The notes beneath the pieces are model-generated. The model was not told where the DNA came from and made no database searches. It saw only the letters and a program-made list of their open reading frames with translations. From an uncultured Chloroflexia bacterium (lineage in GTDB: Bacteria > Chloroflexota > Dehalococcoidia > DSTF01 > WHTK01), in assembly GCA_963732945.1 (NCBI GenBank), contig CAVTBL010000017.1, forward strand, positions 257,944 to 321,943: a stretch of 64,000 nucleotides of DNA. Reading direction: 5' to 3'. Position 1 is the stretch's first letter; each line of letters begins with the position of its first letter. The position numbers and the translations under genes were made by a program. Of this stretch, positions 19,628-29,888 are shown one piece after another.

Positions 19628-20722
19628 TCAAGCGCGCCGCCGCACGAGCATGATGAACACCGGGCCGCCCATGATCGCCGTCAGAACGCCGACCGGCAGC
19701 TCCTGCGGTGCGAACAGCATGCGCGCCGCCGTGTCCGCCAGCACCAGCAACACCGCTCCGAACAGCGCCGATGTCGGGATTAGCAGACGGTAGTCGTTAC
19801 CCAGCAGCAGGCGCACGAGATGCGGGATGATCAGCCCCACGAAGCCGATCAGCCCTGCGATGCTCACCGCCGCGCTCGCCAGCAAAGCCGCGATGCCGAC
19901 CAGGATGAGCCGCGTGCGCTCGACGTGCTGCCCGAGGCTGGTCGCTACCTCGTCGCCCAGGGTGATGACGTTGAGCTGGCGCGCCATCAGCACCATTGCG
20001 AGGCTGCCGAACACGAAGAACGGCCACAGCAGCAGGAAGTCGTTCCAGTTGCGTCCCAGCAGCCCGCCGATCAGCCAGCGCAACCCGATCTGCGCCGAAA
20101 ACGCCGACGTTACGAGGATCGCCGAGATCACGGCCGTGAGCATCGACGTGACGGCGATCCCCGCCAGCACAAGACGCACCGGCGAGACGCCGCCGCGCCA
20201 CGCCATGAGGTAGGCCACGCCGCCGCCGATCAGGCCGCCGAGGATCGACAGCGGCTGCACGACAGTCGCCGACATCACGGTCGTCCCGAACAGGTGCACG
20301 TGGATATAGGGGTTCGAGAGCTGAGGGAAGAAGACGACGCCCGCTACCGCAACGACGCCGGCGCCGCCCGAGATGCCGAAGATATGCGGGTCGGCCAGCG
20401 GATTGCGCGTCACGCCCTGCAGGATGGCGCCGGACATCGCCAGCATGGCCCCGACCATGGCGCCGATCAGCACGCGCGGCAGACGGATGTCGTTGACGAT
20501 GACGCCGTCGTTGCCCGCGGTCGTGTGGCCGATCAACGCGTCGATAACGGTACCCGGGCTGAGATTGACGGCGCCGACCGCCATGCTAAACACCATGGCC
20601 GCGCACAGCGCGACCACGGCGAGCAGCGGAACGTAGACCTTCCGTCCTAGCGAGAGCCTGGCTCTCCGGACGGGCGGGGCGTCACTTGAATACGTTGGGG
20701 TAGAGGATGCCTGGGAGCTCAT
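19628..20722 (-). CDS. FecCD/BtuC family permease
   Basis: IRLPR, RNPLADP, GLIGFVGLIIPH, ELPVG; start may be slightly downstream. Confidence 0.93.
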   Translation of the reverse strand: MSSQASSTPTYSSDAPPVRRARLSLGRKVYVPLLAVVALCAAMVFSMAVGAVNLSPGTVIDALIGHTTAGNDGVIVNDIRLPRVLIGAMVGAMLAMSGAILQGVTRNPLADPHIFGISGGAGVVAVAGVVFFPQLSNPYIHVHLFGTTVMSATVVQPLSILGGLIGGGVAYLMAWRGGVSPVRLVLAGIAVTSMLTAVISAILVTSAFSAQIGLRWLIGGLLGRNWNDFLLLWPFFVFGSLAMVLMARQLNVITLGDEVATSLGQHVERTRLILVGIAALLASAAVSIAGLIGFVGLIIPHLVRLLLGNDYRLLIPTSALFGAVLLVLADTAARMLFAPQELPVGVLTAIMGGPVFIMLVRRRA

Positions 20723-21731
20723 CGAGGATCTGACTCACCCGCGGCCCGGCCGATTCCAGATAGATGACGCTGTCCACCTCGTGCACGTTGCCGTCCTTCA
20801 CCGCCTTGAGGCTGGACCAACCCGGGGTCTGCGCCAGCAGCTCCGTCGTCTTGGGCGTACCGGGCGGTCCGCCGACGCTGATCCCGATCACGACGTCGGG
20901 GTCGCTCTGGACGATCTTCTCGACGCTGTAATCGGCGAAGCCCGGGAAGCGAAAGTTATCGGGGTCGTTGGCGACCACGTTCTTGCCGCCGAGCAGCTTG
21001 ACCAGGCTACCGAGGTACGAGGTGTCCTTGGCGGCGATGAACTGGCCCGGCCCCGCCGCGACCACGACCAGCACACTCGGGCCGCCGGTCGCCGGGATTT
21101 TTGCCTTGACCGCCGCCAGCTTGTCTTCGAGCTTCTTGGCCTGCGCCTCGCCCTGGTCGGCGTGACCGGTAAGCGCGCCGACCTTGCGCAACCCCGCGGT
21201 CACAGAGTCGAAGGAGTCGACCTTAACGGCGTAGATCGGAATGTTGAGCGACTGCAGATCGGACATCAGGCTCTGGTCGATGATCGCATCGGCGATCAGG
21301 AGGTCCGGCTTCATGGCCGCGATCTTTTCGAAACTCGGCTGGTAGCTGCTGCCGAAGTCCGGCACCGACGTGGCGGCGTCCGGGTAGGTCGCGGAGTTGG
21401 GGCGGCCCACCGGCGTCGCGCCAACCGCGTACATCAGCTCGACAATCGTCGGGCTCAGCGCCACGACGCGCTGCGGGTTCTTCGGCACGGTCACGGAGCG
21501 CCCGAGGTCGTCCTTCGTCAAGTCGATCGACGCCGTGGGAGATGCGGCAGGCGCCGTCGTGGCCGACGCGCCCGTAGCGCCGCTCGATCCGCTGGCCGCG
21601 GCCGCGGTGGTCGGAGCCGGTGCCGGCGTCTTGTCGTTGCTGCTGCCGCCGCAGGCCGCGATTAGCGCCGACAAGAGCAGCACGCAGAGCGTCAGCCCCA
21701 GCAGGCGCCTCACAGATCGACCTCCGCCCAC
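20682..21731 (-). CDS. Iron-chelate/cobalamin ABC substrate-binding lipoprotein
   Basis: Lipobox IAAC, DDLGRSVTVP..PQRVVAL, EKIAAMKPDL, AGPR. Confidence 0.92.
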   Translation of the reverse strand: MGGGRSVRRLLGLTLCVLLLSALIAACGGSSNDKTPAPAPTTAAAASGSSGATGASATTAPAASPTASIDLTKDDLGRSVTVPKNPQRVVALSPTIVELMYAVGATPVGRPNSATYPDAATSVPDFGSSYQPSFEKIAAMKPDLLIADAIIDQSLMSDLQSLNIPIYAVKVDSFDSVTAGLRKVGALTGHADQGEAQAKKLEDKLAAVKAKIPATGGPSVLVVVAAGPGQFIAAKDTSYLGSLVKLLGGKNVVANDPDNFRFPGFADYSVEKIVQSDPDVVIGISVGGPPGTPKTTELLAQTPGWSSLKAVKDGNVHEVDSVIYLESAGPRVSQILDELPGILYPNVFK

Positions 21732-22068
21732 TTCGCCCCAAACCGAACCACGACGTCCATCGATGCTCCCTCGGATATTCTTAGTAAATCTAGGTATTGC
21801 TCTGTAAATTTGTGAGGTTTTAGATTCGCGTATTTAGTTTGCGATTGTAAGGCGTTATGTGCAAGAACTTGTGAATCGCATTACAAACTCGCTGTGCAGG
21901 CAACGTCGAAATGTAGGGACGAAGCTTCAGCTTCCGAAGCGAGAGACGCAGCTCAGCCCTCACCCCCGTCCGTCGGCTCGTCTGAGTCTCCCGTCGGCGA
22001 GGGGGAACGGACGCGCTTGCCAAAATGTGGGACGAAGCTTCAGCTCCGTCGCTCGCGAGTGTGCCTGC

Positions 22069-22413
22069 TCAGTGGCCGCGGGTGCCCAGGGCGAACATCA
22101 GCCCGATGTTCACGACCACCGCGATCGCCAGCGAGGCGCCCAGCACGGGTTCCCCGGCGGCCGCCAGCCCAACCGACGCGGCGGCGAAGATCCACAGCTC
22201 GAGGACCAGTCGCGGCGGGTCCGGCAGGCGGCGCGACGCCTTCGGAGCCACGAAGGCGCCCCACAGCATGATGACCAGGATCGGCGCGCCGAGGCCCAGC
22301 AGCCACGACAGCACGCCGTCAGCGATGCCGAAGCCCCAGTAGCCCGCCGCCGCGACCGCGCACAGCTCCAGTAGGAAACGCAAGACGTCGTTGGCGGCCC
22401 GGACAGCAGACAC
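22069..22413 (-). CDS. YrdB/DUF2568 family membrane protein
   Basis: LRFLLEL..GYWG..LWGAFVAPKA. Confidence 0.88.
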   Translation of the reverse strand: MSAVRAANDVLRFLLELCAVAAAGYWGFGIADGVLSWLLGLGAPILVIMLWGAFVAPKASRRLPDPPRLVLELWIFAAASVGLAAAGEPVLGASLAIAVVVNIGLMFALGTRGH

Positions 22414-22674
22414 GACGCGACTCTAGATTCAACGCGGCGTAGTGGCAACGACGTAGGTCTGCTCGCGACGCAGCAGCAGCACCGTCTTTGCGAGGTCCGG
22501 CGTCGAGCCGGGCCGTGGCTCTCTATACGCTGCGTCTCTATGTTCAACGCCACGTATGGCAACGACGTGCGATTGCTTCGCTCCGCTCGCAAAGACGGTG
22601 GGAGGCGACACGCGGCCATGATCCAACAGGGTTGTCTCGTGCAATAGGGCCGTCGTCTCGGACCGACGCGCCGA

Positions 22675-23490
22675 CTACACGATGGGCGTGTCGTCCCGGT
22701 TGCCCCAGTCGCCGAAGGAGCCGTCGTAGTCGCGAACGTTCTCGAAGCCCAGGAGCCGCAGAGTCAGCGCAGACTGCGCTGCACGAATGCCACCCTGTCA
22801 AACAGTGATTATCTGTTTTTCCGGCGTGATGCCGCAGGCCGCCAGCTGCTCCCTGAGATCGTCGGCAGACTTCCAGCGCTTGAGCTCATCTGTCGTCAGG
22901 TTGTTGGTCCACTCGAGGTGCACGGCGCCGGGCATGTGGCCCTGGCGCTTATTGCCGCGAGAGTTGGTGCCGTTCCACTCTGCGTCGCTGCGCACGTCCC
23001 AGACCACGACGTTGGGGTCGTCCAGGTGCTCCATCACGTACTCGGCGGTGGCGCGCATCGACTCGTCGGCCTGCGGCGTGAAGGGCTGAGCCGCGGCCGG
23101 CCGGGTCACCGCCATCGTCAGCGGCCGGCCTTCAGCGAGCCACTGGTTCCAGCCGCCGTTCAGCACCCGCACGTTGGTGTGGCCGTAGTAGTTGAGGCAC
23201 CACCAGAGGCGTCCCGCCGTCGTGCCGGCCGCATCGTAGGCAACGACGAGCGTGTCGTCGCCGATGCCGAGGTCGGCCATTGCTTTGGCGAACTGCTCCG
23301 GCTGCATGATGAATCGGCGGTCGTCAGGGTTCTTGAAGTAGTGGTCGGACGGGTTGACCGCGCCGGGGATGTGGACGCGCCGGAAGGCGTCCGGCAGGTC
23401 GCAGTCCACGATGCGAAGGTTTGGGTCGTTAAGGTGCTCCTGCAGCCAGTCGCCCTCGACCAGCAGCTCGCCCCGCGGGTAGTCGGCCAT
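22675..23490 (-). CDS. Tandem-rhodanese sulfurtransferase, predicted selenoprotein (Sec231), 271 aa
   Basis: HIPGA and GHMPGA motifs. TGA at 22800-22798 reads through as IITV-U-QGGIRAAQSALTLRLLGFENVRDYDGSFGDWGNRDDTPIV to TAG at 22677-22675. Confidence 0.9.
22759..22800 (-). promoter_or_regulatory. Bacterial SECIS element
   Basis: UGA CAGGGU GGCAUUCGUG CAGCGC AGUCU GCGCUG ACUCUG: lower stem CAGGGU/ACUCUG, upper stem CAGCGC/GCGCUG, apical GU about 24 nt after the UGA. Confidence 0.8.
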
Positions 23491-23565
23491 CTCGTTCCTC
23501 CTGTTCGACTGCGCCCATTCTAGAGGTGGCGCGCAATCGCGACCAGCGGTTCGCCCGAATCGCGG

Positions 23566-24276
23566 CTATTCGCCTCGCAGCGCATCAACTTCAGAGGCCG
23601 TCAGGGCACGCACGGCGCCTTCGGGCAGCGCGCCCAGCGTCAGCGCGCCTTCGCGCACGCGGCGTAGCGCCGTCACTTTGCACTCGACCGCTTCGAACAT
23701 GCGACGCACCTGGCGTCGCCGTCCCTCACGCAGCGTCACGGACATCTGAAACGGCTCGGCGCCCACCAGACGCCGCAGCCGCAGCGGCCGCCGTACCTGC
23801 CCGTCGATCTCGATGCCGGAGCGCAGCGCGTCGAGCTGCGCCTCGGTCGCGGCCTGAGCCAGGCGCAGCCAATACTCCTTGTCGACCTCATGACTGGGGT
23901 GAGTCAGCGCATACGTGAAGTCGCCGTCGTTGGTCAGCAGCAGCAGGCCGGACGTGTCGCGGTCGAGACGCCCCACCGGGTGCAGGCCCGGCGCCCGCAA
24001 CGCAGCCGGCACCAGTTCCATCACGGTTGCGCGGCCGAGCTCGTCGCTCAGCGTCGTAACGTAGCCCGGGGGCTTGTTGAGCAGCAGATAGGCGTGCTCG
24101 CGCTTCGCCTCGCTCAGAGGCGCGCCGTCGAGGCTCAGCACACCGGCCTCGTACTCGGACGAAGGCTCCTGCGTCACGACCCCATCGACGCTCACCCGGC
24201 CCTCCCGAATCGCCGCGAACGCCTTGCGCCGCGAGAGGCCGCTGGCCGTGCTGACGGCACGCAGCAGCGTCGTCAT
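23566..24276 (-). CDS. rRNA pseudouridine synthase (RsuA/RluB family)
   Basis: S4-like SRRKA..GRVSVDG, LNKPPGYV, GRLDRDTSGLLLLTNDG, EGRRRQVRRM. Confidence 0.93.
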   Translation of the reverse strand: MTTLLRAVSTASGLSRRKAFAAIREGRVSVDGVVTQEPSSEYEAGVLSLDGAPLSEAKREHAYLLLNKPPGYVTTLSDELGRATVMELVPAALRAPGLHPVGRLDRDTSGLLLLTNDGDFTYALTHPSHEVDKEYWLRLAQAATEAQLDALRSGIEIDGQVRRPLRLRRLVGAEPFQMSVTLREGRRRQVRRMFEAVECKVTALRRVREGALTLGALPEGAVRALTASEVDALRGE

Positions 24277-24622
24277 ACGCTGCCGAGCCGCATCGGACGG
24301 ATCGCTCGCGCGCCGAGCGATTCGCTTGGGATGCTGAGATGGTTTTCGCCGTTCATGCTGCGCCGCCGCAATCAAAAATCAGGGACAGCCCTCTCCGAGG
24401 CGTCTCCTGCACGCCGATAATCTCATACAAGCCAAAAGCATGGAGGCGCGGGCGGAGACTGCGGCGATAGGGCTCAACGCGAGCACGCCATCTCCGCCGG
24501 CATCAGCAGCCGGTGAGCGCCAGGGGCCAGGACGGGGCCGAGGTGCTCGGTGTAACGTGAATGGACGCGCGGCGATTCCATTAGTGGGGCCGTTGTGTCA
24601 ACTTGAACATCAGAGGTAGTAC

Positions 24623-25234
24623 GTGACCCAGAGCCAGGATGACGCCGTTGCTCGCGCCGCCCGCCTCCTGTCGGGGGCTCTCAGCGAGCTGCAAACCGCC
24701 GCTGCCCGCGAAGCCGCTCCTTCCCGCGAAGAGCTCGCTCAGGGCCGGGCCGAAATCGAGGCCATGCTCGGCCGAATCGAACAGCAGCTGGCCGAGGACA
24801 GCCAGCAGCGCGCCGCGCTCGCGGGCCAGCTCGGCAACCTGGCCGGCTCGCTCGATCGCCTGGTCAGCCATCTCGACGGCCTTTCGGGCCTGATGACCGA
24901 CCTGATCGACCGGCTGGCGCAGCCCGCGGCTCCGCCCCCGTCCGGCGAGCCGATGTTCCAGCCAGGCGGCGAAGGTGTCGCGCTGACGCTGGTCGCAGTG
25001 CCGGGCTTCCAGGCGCTGATGGACATTCAGAAGGCGCTCATGGCCATGGACGAGGTCGCCAACGCCTCGGTCGAGCGCTTCCAGGAGGGCGACTCCCGCA
25101 TCCAGATGCAGCTGCGCGCCGCCTGCACCGCCGGCGAGATCGCCGCCGCCCTGAGCCACGCCACCGGCCACGCCCTCGTCGTCGAAGAGTCGCGCCCCGA
25201 GCTGATGCGCCTGCGCCTCAAAGTGGTGGGGTAG
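24623..25234 (+). CDS. Hypothetical protein (N-terminal coiled coil, small C-terminal alpha/beta domain)
   Basis: GAGG RBS, typical codon usage and heptad-like Leu periodicity. Confidence 0.75.
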   Translation: MTQSQDDAVARAARLLSGALSELQTAAAREAAPSREELAQGRAEIEAMLGRIEQQLAEDSQQRAALAGQLGNLAGSLDRLVSHLDGLSGLMTDLIDRLAQPAAPPPSGEPMFQPGGEGVALTLVAVPGFQALMDIQKALMAMDEVANASVERFQEGDSRIQMQLRAACTAGEIAAALSHATGHALVVEESRPELMRLRLKVVG

Positions 25235-25488
25235 CGACCCCGCCCCACACGCCACCCCGACGGCAACGAGCAAAGGAGCAAACGGGCAAAGAGCCCGAAA
25301 CCGCAGCCCTGCTTGCTAAAGCGAAGCCGTCACTCGATTCCATTACGCTGACGACAGGGACCATCTGGCGAACCACGACGCCGGCTTCTTGCCTGGCCCA
25401 GACCGTTCCTGACGTCAGGGTGACAGCGTTTGTCTCGCGGCGAGCCGTCGGTGAGCTCCCGACGCCCTGAGGACGTTTCGGCGCCAAA

Positions 25489-25509
25489 GCTGCAGGATTC
25501 ATCCTGCAG
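25489..25509 (+). repeat. Solitary REP-like palindrome
   Basis: GCTGCAGGATTCATCCTGCAG; another copy on the opposite strand at about 29728-29750. Confidence 0.75.
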
Positions 25510-25631
25510 AGCCGTCTGCGCCAGCCAGCTCGAGCTCAACATGAGACGTTCAATGCGGCTCACGATGCCACGGCCTTGAGTCCGGGTGGCCGTCAGCTAA
25601 CTGCTAACTGCTAGAAGCTAACTGCTCGAAG

Positions 25632-26867
25632 CTACGTCCGCTGGAAGATCAGCGCCGCGTTGTGCCCGCCGAGACCGATCGAAGTGGACAGCGACGCGTC
25701 GAGGTTCTGCACGCTGCGCGCCGCGTTGGTCACGTAATCGAGGTCGCAGTCCGGGTCGGGCTCGACGTAGTTGATCGTCGGGGGCATGACCTGGTCGTGC
25801 AGAGCCATGACGCTGAAAATCGCCTCGACCGCGCCGGCCGCGCCCATGAGGTGACCGGTCATCGACTTGGTGCTGCTGACGCCCATGCTGTAAGCGTGCT
25901 CGGAGAAGACGCGCTTCAGCGCCAACGTCTCGACGCGGTCGTTCATCGGCGTGCCGGTGCCGTGCGCGTTGACGTAGCCGACGCGTCCCGGCTCGATCTG
26001 CGACTTGCGCAGCGCCATCTCAATCGCCAGCACAGCGCCTCGACCCGTCTCTTCCGACGCCACGACGTCGAAGGCGTCGTTGCTCGAGCCGTAGCCGACG
26101 AGCTCAGCGTAGACGTGGGCGCCGCGCGCCTGGGCGTGCTCCCAGCTCTCGAGTACCATGGCGCCGGCGCCCTCAGAGACCACGAAGCCGTCGCGGCGGC
26201 AATCGAATGGCTTGCAGGCGCTCGCGGGGTCGTCGCCCGGCGAGGCGACGGCGCGCAGAGCGTTGAACGCGGCGTAGAGTACCGGCGTCAGCGGCGCCTC
26301 GGAGCCCCCGGCGATCATCACCTCGGCGTCGCCGCGGCGGATTATCTCCGCGGCCTCACCGACCGCGCCGGCGCCGGTCGCGCAGGCCGAGATCACGGCC
26401 ATGTTCGGTCCCATGGCGCCGGTCAGGATCGCAATGTGGCCCGAGGCGGCGTCCGGCAGGACGTTGCTGAGGAAGAAGGGGCTGATGCGGCGCGGGCCCT
26501 TGGTTGCGAGCGTCTGGTGCGCCTCTTCGAGCAGGCCGTAACCCCCGGAGCCGGCGCCGAAGATTACGCCGGCGCCCGGCCCGAGGCCGCCATCGAGCTC
26601 GAGCTGAGCGTCGTGCACGGCTTCGAGCGCCGCGACGATGGCGAACTGGACGTTGCGGTCCAGGTAGCGCAGCTCTTTCGGTGGCAGGACGGTCTCGGGA
26701 TGGAAGTCGCGCACTTCGCCGGCGATAGCGCTGTCGTACATCGAGGCGTCGAAGAGGGTGATGGGACCGATACCGGAGCGACCGGCGACGACGGCCTGCC
26801 ACGTCGTCGGCAAATTATTGCCGAGCGGCGTCACGGCTCCGAGGCCGGTGACTACGACCCTTGTCAT
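25632..26867 (-). CDS. fabF: Beta-ketoacyl-ACP synthase II
   Basis: VVVTGLG, SACATG (Cys), NAHGTGT, TGHLMGAAG (Cys-His-His triad). Confidence 0.93.
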   Translation of the reverse strand: MTRVVVTGLGAVTPLGNNLPTTWQAVVAGRSGIGPITLFDASMYDSAIAGEVRDFHPETVLPPKELRYLDRNVQFAIVAALEAVHDAQLELDGGLGPGAGVIFGAGSGGYGLLEEAHQTLATKGPRRISPFFLSNVLPDAASGHIAILTGAMGPNMAVISACATGAGAVGEAAEIIRRGDAEVMIAGGSEAPLTPVLYAAFNALRAVASPGDDPASACKPFDCRRDGFVVSEGAGAMVLESWEHAQARGAHVYAELVGYGSSNDAFDVVASEETGRGAVLAIEMALRKSQIEPGRVGYVNAHGTGTPMNDRVETLALKRVFSEHAYSMGVSSTKSMTGHLMGAAGAVEAIFSVMALHDQVMPPTINYVEPDPDCDLDYVTNAARSVQNLDASLSTSIGLGGHNAALIFQRT

Positions 26868-27015
26868 GCTACCGACCCCATTTTTCGAAGGAGGCTCCGC
26901 CTGAGCTTGGCCGAGCCTGCTTGCGAAATATAGCATGCGCGCGCCTCAGAGGCCCGAGCCCGGCCCACTACCGGACTCGCTGGCCCGTTGCCGGCCCGAC
27001 CCTATACTGGCCTGA

Positions 27016-27925
27016 ATGGAACGCGCCTGCATCGTCTATAACCCGGCGGCCCGTAACGCGCCGTCGCTGGTGCCGCTATCCGCAGCCGCCGCGGCGATGC
27101 TCGACCACGGCTGGGAAATCGAGCTGCAGAGCACGCTGCGGGCCGGTCACGCTACTCAGCTGGCCAGGATGGCCGTCGAGCGCGGCGCCAGCGTTGTGTT
27201 CGCCTGCGGCGGCGACGGCACGCTGAACGAGGTCGTCAACGGCCTCGCGGGCACCCCGGTTGCGCTGGCAGTGCTGCGCGGCGGCATGGGAGATGTGTTC
27301 GGCAAAGAAGCCGGCATCCCGAGGGCACCGCAAGAGGCCCTGCGCGTCCTGCTCGACGGCGTGCGTCAACGCTTCGACCTGGGAGTAGCCGGTAATCGCT
27401 ACTTCCTGCTGATGTGCGGCGTTGGCCTGGACGCAAACGTCGTAAGGGCCGTCCCCAGCACGCCAAAGCACTGGCTCGGCTCGACCGCATATGCGATCTG
27501 GTGCGCGCGTGAGCTGCTGCGCTATCGGCCGAAGACGGCTCAGATCTGCATCGACGGCGTCGATCACGAAGGGCCACTCTACTGGCTGCTGCTGGGTAAC
27601 ACGCGCTCCTACGGCGGCATCGCAACGATTACCGCCAAAGCTCGAGTCGACGACGGCCTGCTCGATAGCTATGTTTTCGAGGGCAGCGGCGCGTCCTGGG
27701 TGGCGCGCACGGCACTGCGTCTGGCGATCCGGCGCCAGGACGGCGGCCGAGGGCGTGACCTACCGGCAGGTCCGCGATCTCGAGGTGAAGACGCCCGGCC
27801 TCGCCGTGCAGATCGACGGCGAATACATCGGCGAGACGCCCATGCGCTTCTCGATCGCTCCCTCGATGCTCGAGATGCTGCTACCGCGTGGCAAGGCCGA
27901 GGTGCTGTGGCAGCCAAGCGATTAG
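27016..27925 (+). CDS. Diacylglycerol/lipid kinase (DagK/YegS family), one apparent frameshift near 27745
   Basis: YNPAA, GGDGTLNEVVNG, NTRSYGG, DDGLLD; continues in another frame as GVTYRQ..QIDGE..LEMLLP to TAG at 27925. Confidence 0.88.
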
Positions 27926-27950
27926 CTGTTACTGTACTGTTACTTGCTGT

Positions 27951-28041
27951 GCTGTTGGCTGTTGGCTGTTGGCTGTTGGCTGTTGGCTGTTGGCTGTTGG
28001 CTGTTGGCTGTTGGCTGTTGGCTGTTGGCTGTTGGCTGTTG
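27951..28041. repeat. Perfect heptamer tandem repeat (GCTGTTG)x13
   Basis: 91 bp counted directly. Confidence 0.97.
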
Positions 28042-28069
28042 GGTACGCTACCCCGCCCTGACGGCCGGG

Positions 28070-28198
28070 CCATCCCACGCATCGAAGCTCAAGTTGCGCT
28101 GCGATAACGCTGGGCGGACGAATCCTGGTCCCGTTGTCTGGGCGCTTGGCGCGTGAGTCAGATCACGCCTCGGAGCCGCTTGCGACAGCACGATCAAC
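28070..28198 (-). repeat. Composite repeat, partial copy overlapping the recF 3' end
   Basis: TTGATCGTGCTGTCGCAAGCGGCTCCGAGGCGTGATCTG ... CAGGATTC. Confidence 0.7.
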
Positions 28199-29371
28199 AG
28201 AACCGGAGACGACCGTGTAGGTAGTGCAGTCGGCGAGGAAGGCGGGCGGCAGGTAGGAGCCGCTGGTCGCGGTGAACCAGACCTGGTCGAATCCCGAAAG
28301 GCTCGTCAGCACCGAATCGCGGCGCTTCTCGTCCATCTCCGAGACGATATCGTCCAGCAGCAGCACCGGCGGGTCGTCCGCGGCGGCGCGCAGCAGCTCC
28401 GCCTCGGCAAGACGGATGGCCAGTGCCGCCGTACGGATCTGCGCCCGCGAGCCGAAGGCCGAGGCCGCAACGCCGTTGAGCAGGATCGAAATGTCGTCAC
28501 GATGGGGACCGACCAGCGAAATGCCGGCGCTCATCTCGCGGCGGCGCTGCGAGGCGAGCGCGGCGGCGAACAGGGGCTGCACCGCCTCGACGGTCGGCGC
28601 TTCGGGCAGCAGGCCGCGCCACTCGTCGCCGAGCTGCGGCCGATACGCCAGCGCCAACGACTCCGGCGACGAGGCGCTGAGGGAAGCGTGGGCAGCCGAT
28701 GCCAGCACCGAGAGCCGGCGCAGCGCGTTCTGGCGCCCCGTGATAATCGCGGCGCCTTCGCGGCTGAAGCCTTCGTCCCACAACGACAGCTCGTCCGGCC
28801 CTGCGACGCCCTCGCGGATGCGCCGCAGAGTGGCGTTGCGCTGCTGCATGATGCGGCCGTAGCGCTGCAATGCGGCGTAGTAGGCGCGGTCGAGCTGCGT
28901 CAGCGCGGCGTCGAGAAAGGCGCGGCGGTTGGCCGGCGGTCCCGAGATAATCTCGAGGTCGTCGGCGGTAAACAGCACGGCCCGCAGCTGACCTACGAAA
29001 TCGACGGCGCGCCGCGGGATACCGTTGACGCGATAGCGCTTGCCGCCACGGGCGCGCGCCTGTGCAGCGGGTGAGCTCGCGACCGGCGGCCCGACGACCA
29101 GCGCCTCGAGCTGCAAGGCGCCGTCGCGACGCTCGACGCCGGCCTGCAGGCGCGCGAAGGGCTGCGTCTCGGCCTCGGCGCCCCAGGCGATCATCTCGGC
29201 GTCGTGCCCGGCGCGCACGGAGCGGCCGCTGGCCAGCAGATACAACGCCTCGAGCAGGTTGCTCTTGCCCTGGGCGTTGTCGCCGAGGAACAGCAGGTGC
29301 CCTGGTTCGAGAGCGAGGTCGAGCTGCCGGTAGGTGCGAAAGCTGGTGAGCTGAAAGCGGCGGACGTACAC
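28163..29371 (-). CDS. recF: DNA replication/repair protein RecF
   Basis: GDNAQGKSNLLEA, GPHRDD, GSRAQIR, LLLDDIVSEMD. Confidence 0.95.
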   Translation of the reverse strand: MYVRRFQLTSFRTYRQLDLALEPGHLLFLGDNAQGKSNLLEALYLLASGRSVRAGHDAEMIAWGAEAETQPFARLQAGVERRDGALQLEALVVGPPVASSPAAQARARGGKRYRVNGIPRRAVDFVGQLRAVLFTADDLEIISGPPANRRAFLDAALTQLDRAYYAALQRYGRIMQQRNATLRRIREGVAGPDELSLWDEGFSREGAAIITGRQNALRRLSVLASAAHASLSASSPESLALAYRPQLGDEWRGLLPEAPTVEAVQPLFAAALASQRRREMSAGISLVGPHRDDISILLNGVAASAFGSRAQIRTAALAIRLAEAELLRAAADDPPVLLLDDIVSEMDEKRRDSVLTSLSGFDQVWFTATSGSYLPPAFLADCTTYTVVSGSVDRAVASGSEA

Positions 29372-29391
29372 CCACTCATTCTAATCGCGTC

Positions 29392-29480
29392 TTTTGATCG
29401 AGCTGTCGCAAGAGGCTACGAGGCGTGATCTGGATCTTCCACCGCGCGCCAGGCAATGCGAGCAGGATTCATGCGTCCAG
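29392..29480 (+). repeat. Composite repeat, 5' half copy
   Basis: TTTTGATCGAGCTGTCGCAAGAGGCTACGAGGCGTGATCTG ... GCAGGATTCAT. Confidence 0.75.
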
Positions 29481-29888
29481 CGAGATCGTGGCGGCGACAT
29501 AGCAGGGCTTGCCGCGGTGACCGGCCTCGAACTCATCCTCTTCATCCTGAGGGAATCGAAGGATCAAAGCGCCTCGCCTGCTCATGACGCGCCATTGGCT
29601 GGAGGCACGTGTCGGACGGTCGAAACGTCACATGCAGGAAGGGACAATCTCAACGTTGTGTTGCCAGATGCTTCCTGGCGTCAGCATGACAGCGACGGAG
29701 GCTCAAACCGCCGGTGTATGACACAACCCTGCAGGATGAATCCTGCAGCTTCGCCGCTGAGACGTCCGGTGTACCACGGCCCTCACGCGGGCGGTTCCGT
29801 CCCTAACGTCGAAGGCCGTCCGCCCCCTTCGAGAGCCTGAGGACGAACGGGCCTGTAATCGCACGACAACCAGGCCAGTGCACTCCCT

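Noticed and set aside
21740-22060. Cobalamin riboswitch upstream of the FecCD/Btu-type importer
   Set aside because: No B12-box or conserved core recognised; the region is an AT-rich promoter plus a palindromic repeat.
22798-22800. Premature stop making the sulfurtransferase a pseudogene
   Set aside because: The TGA is at the catalytic position, the downstream frame is intact and a SECIS-like hairpin follows.
27750-28107. C-terminal (LLAVGCW)n repeat on the lipid kinase ORF
   Set aside because: Artefact of a frameshift reading into the non-coding GCTGTTG array; the real C-terminus ends at 27925.
28198-29392. recF carried on a composite transposon between inverted repeat copies
   Set aside because: The two copies point outward, are diverged, and no transposase or flanking target duplication is visible; independent insertions are simpler.
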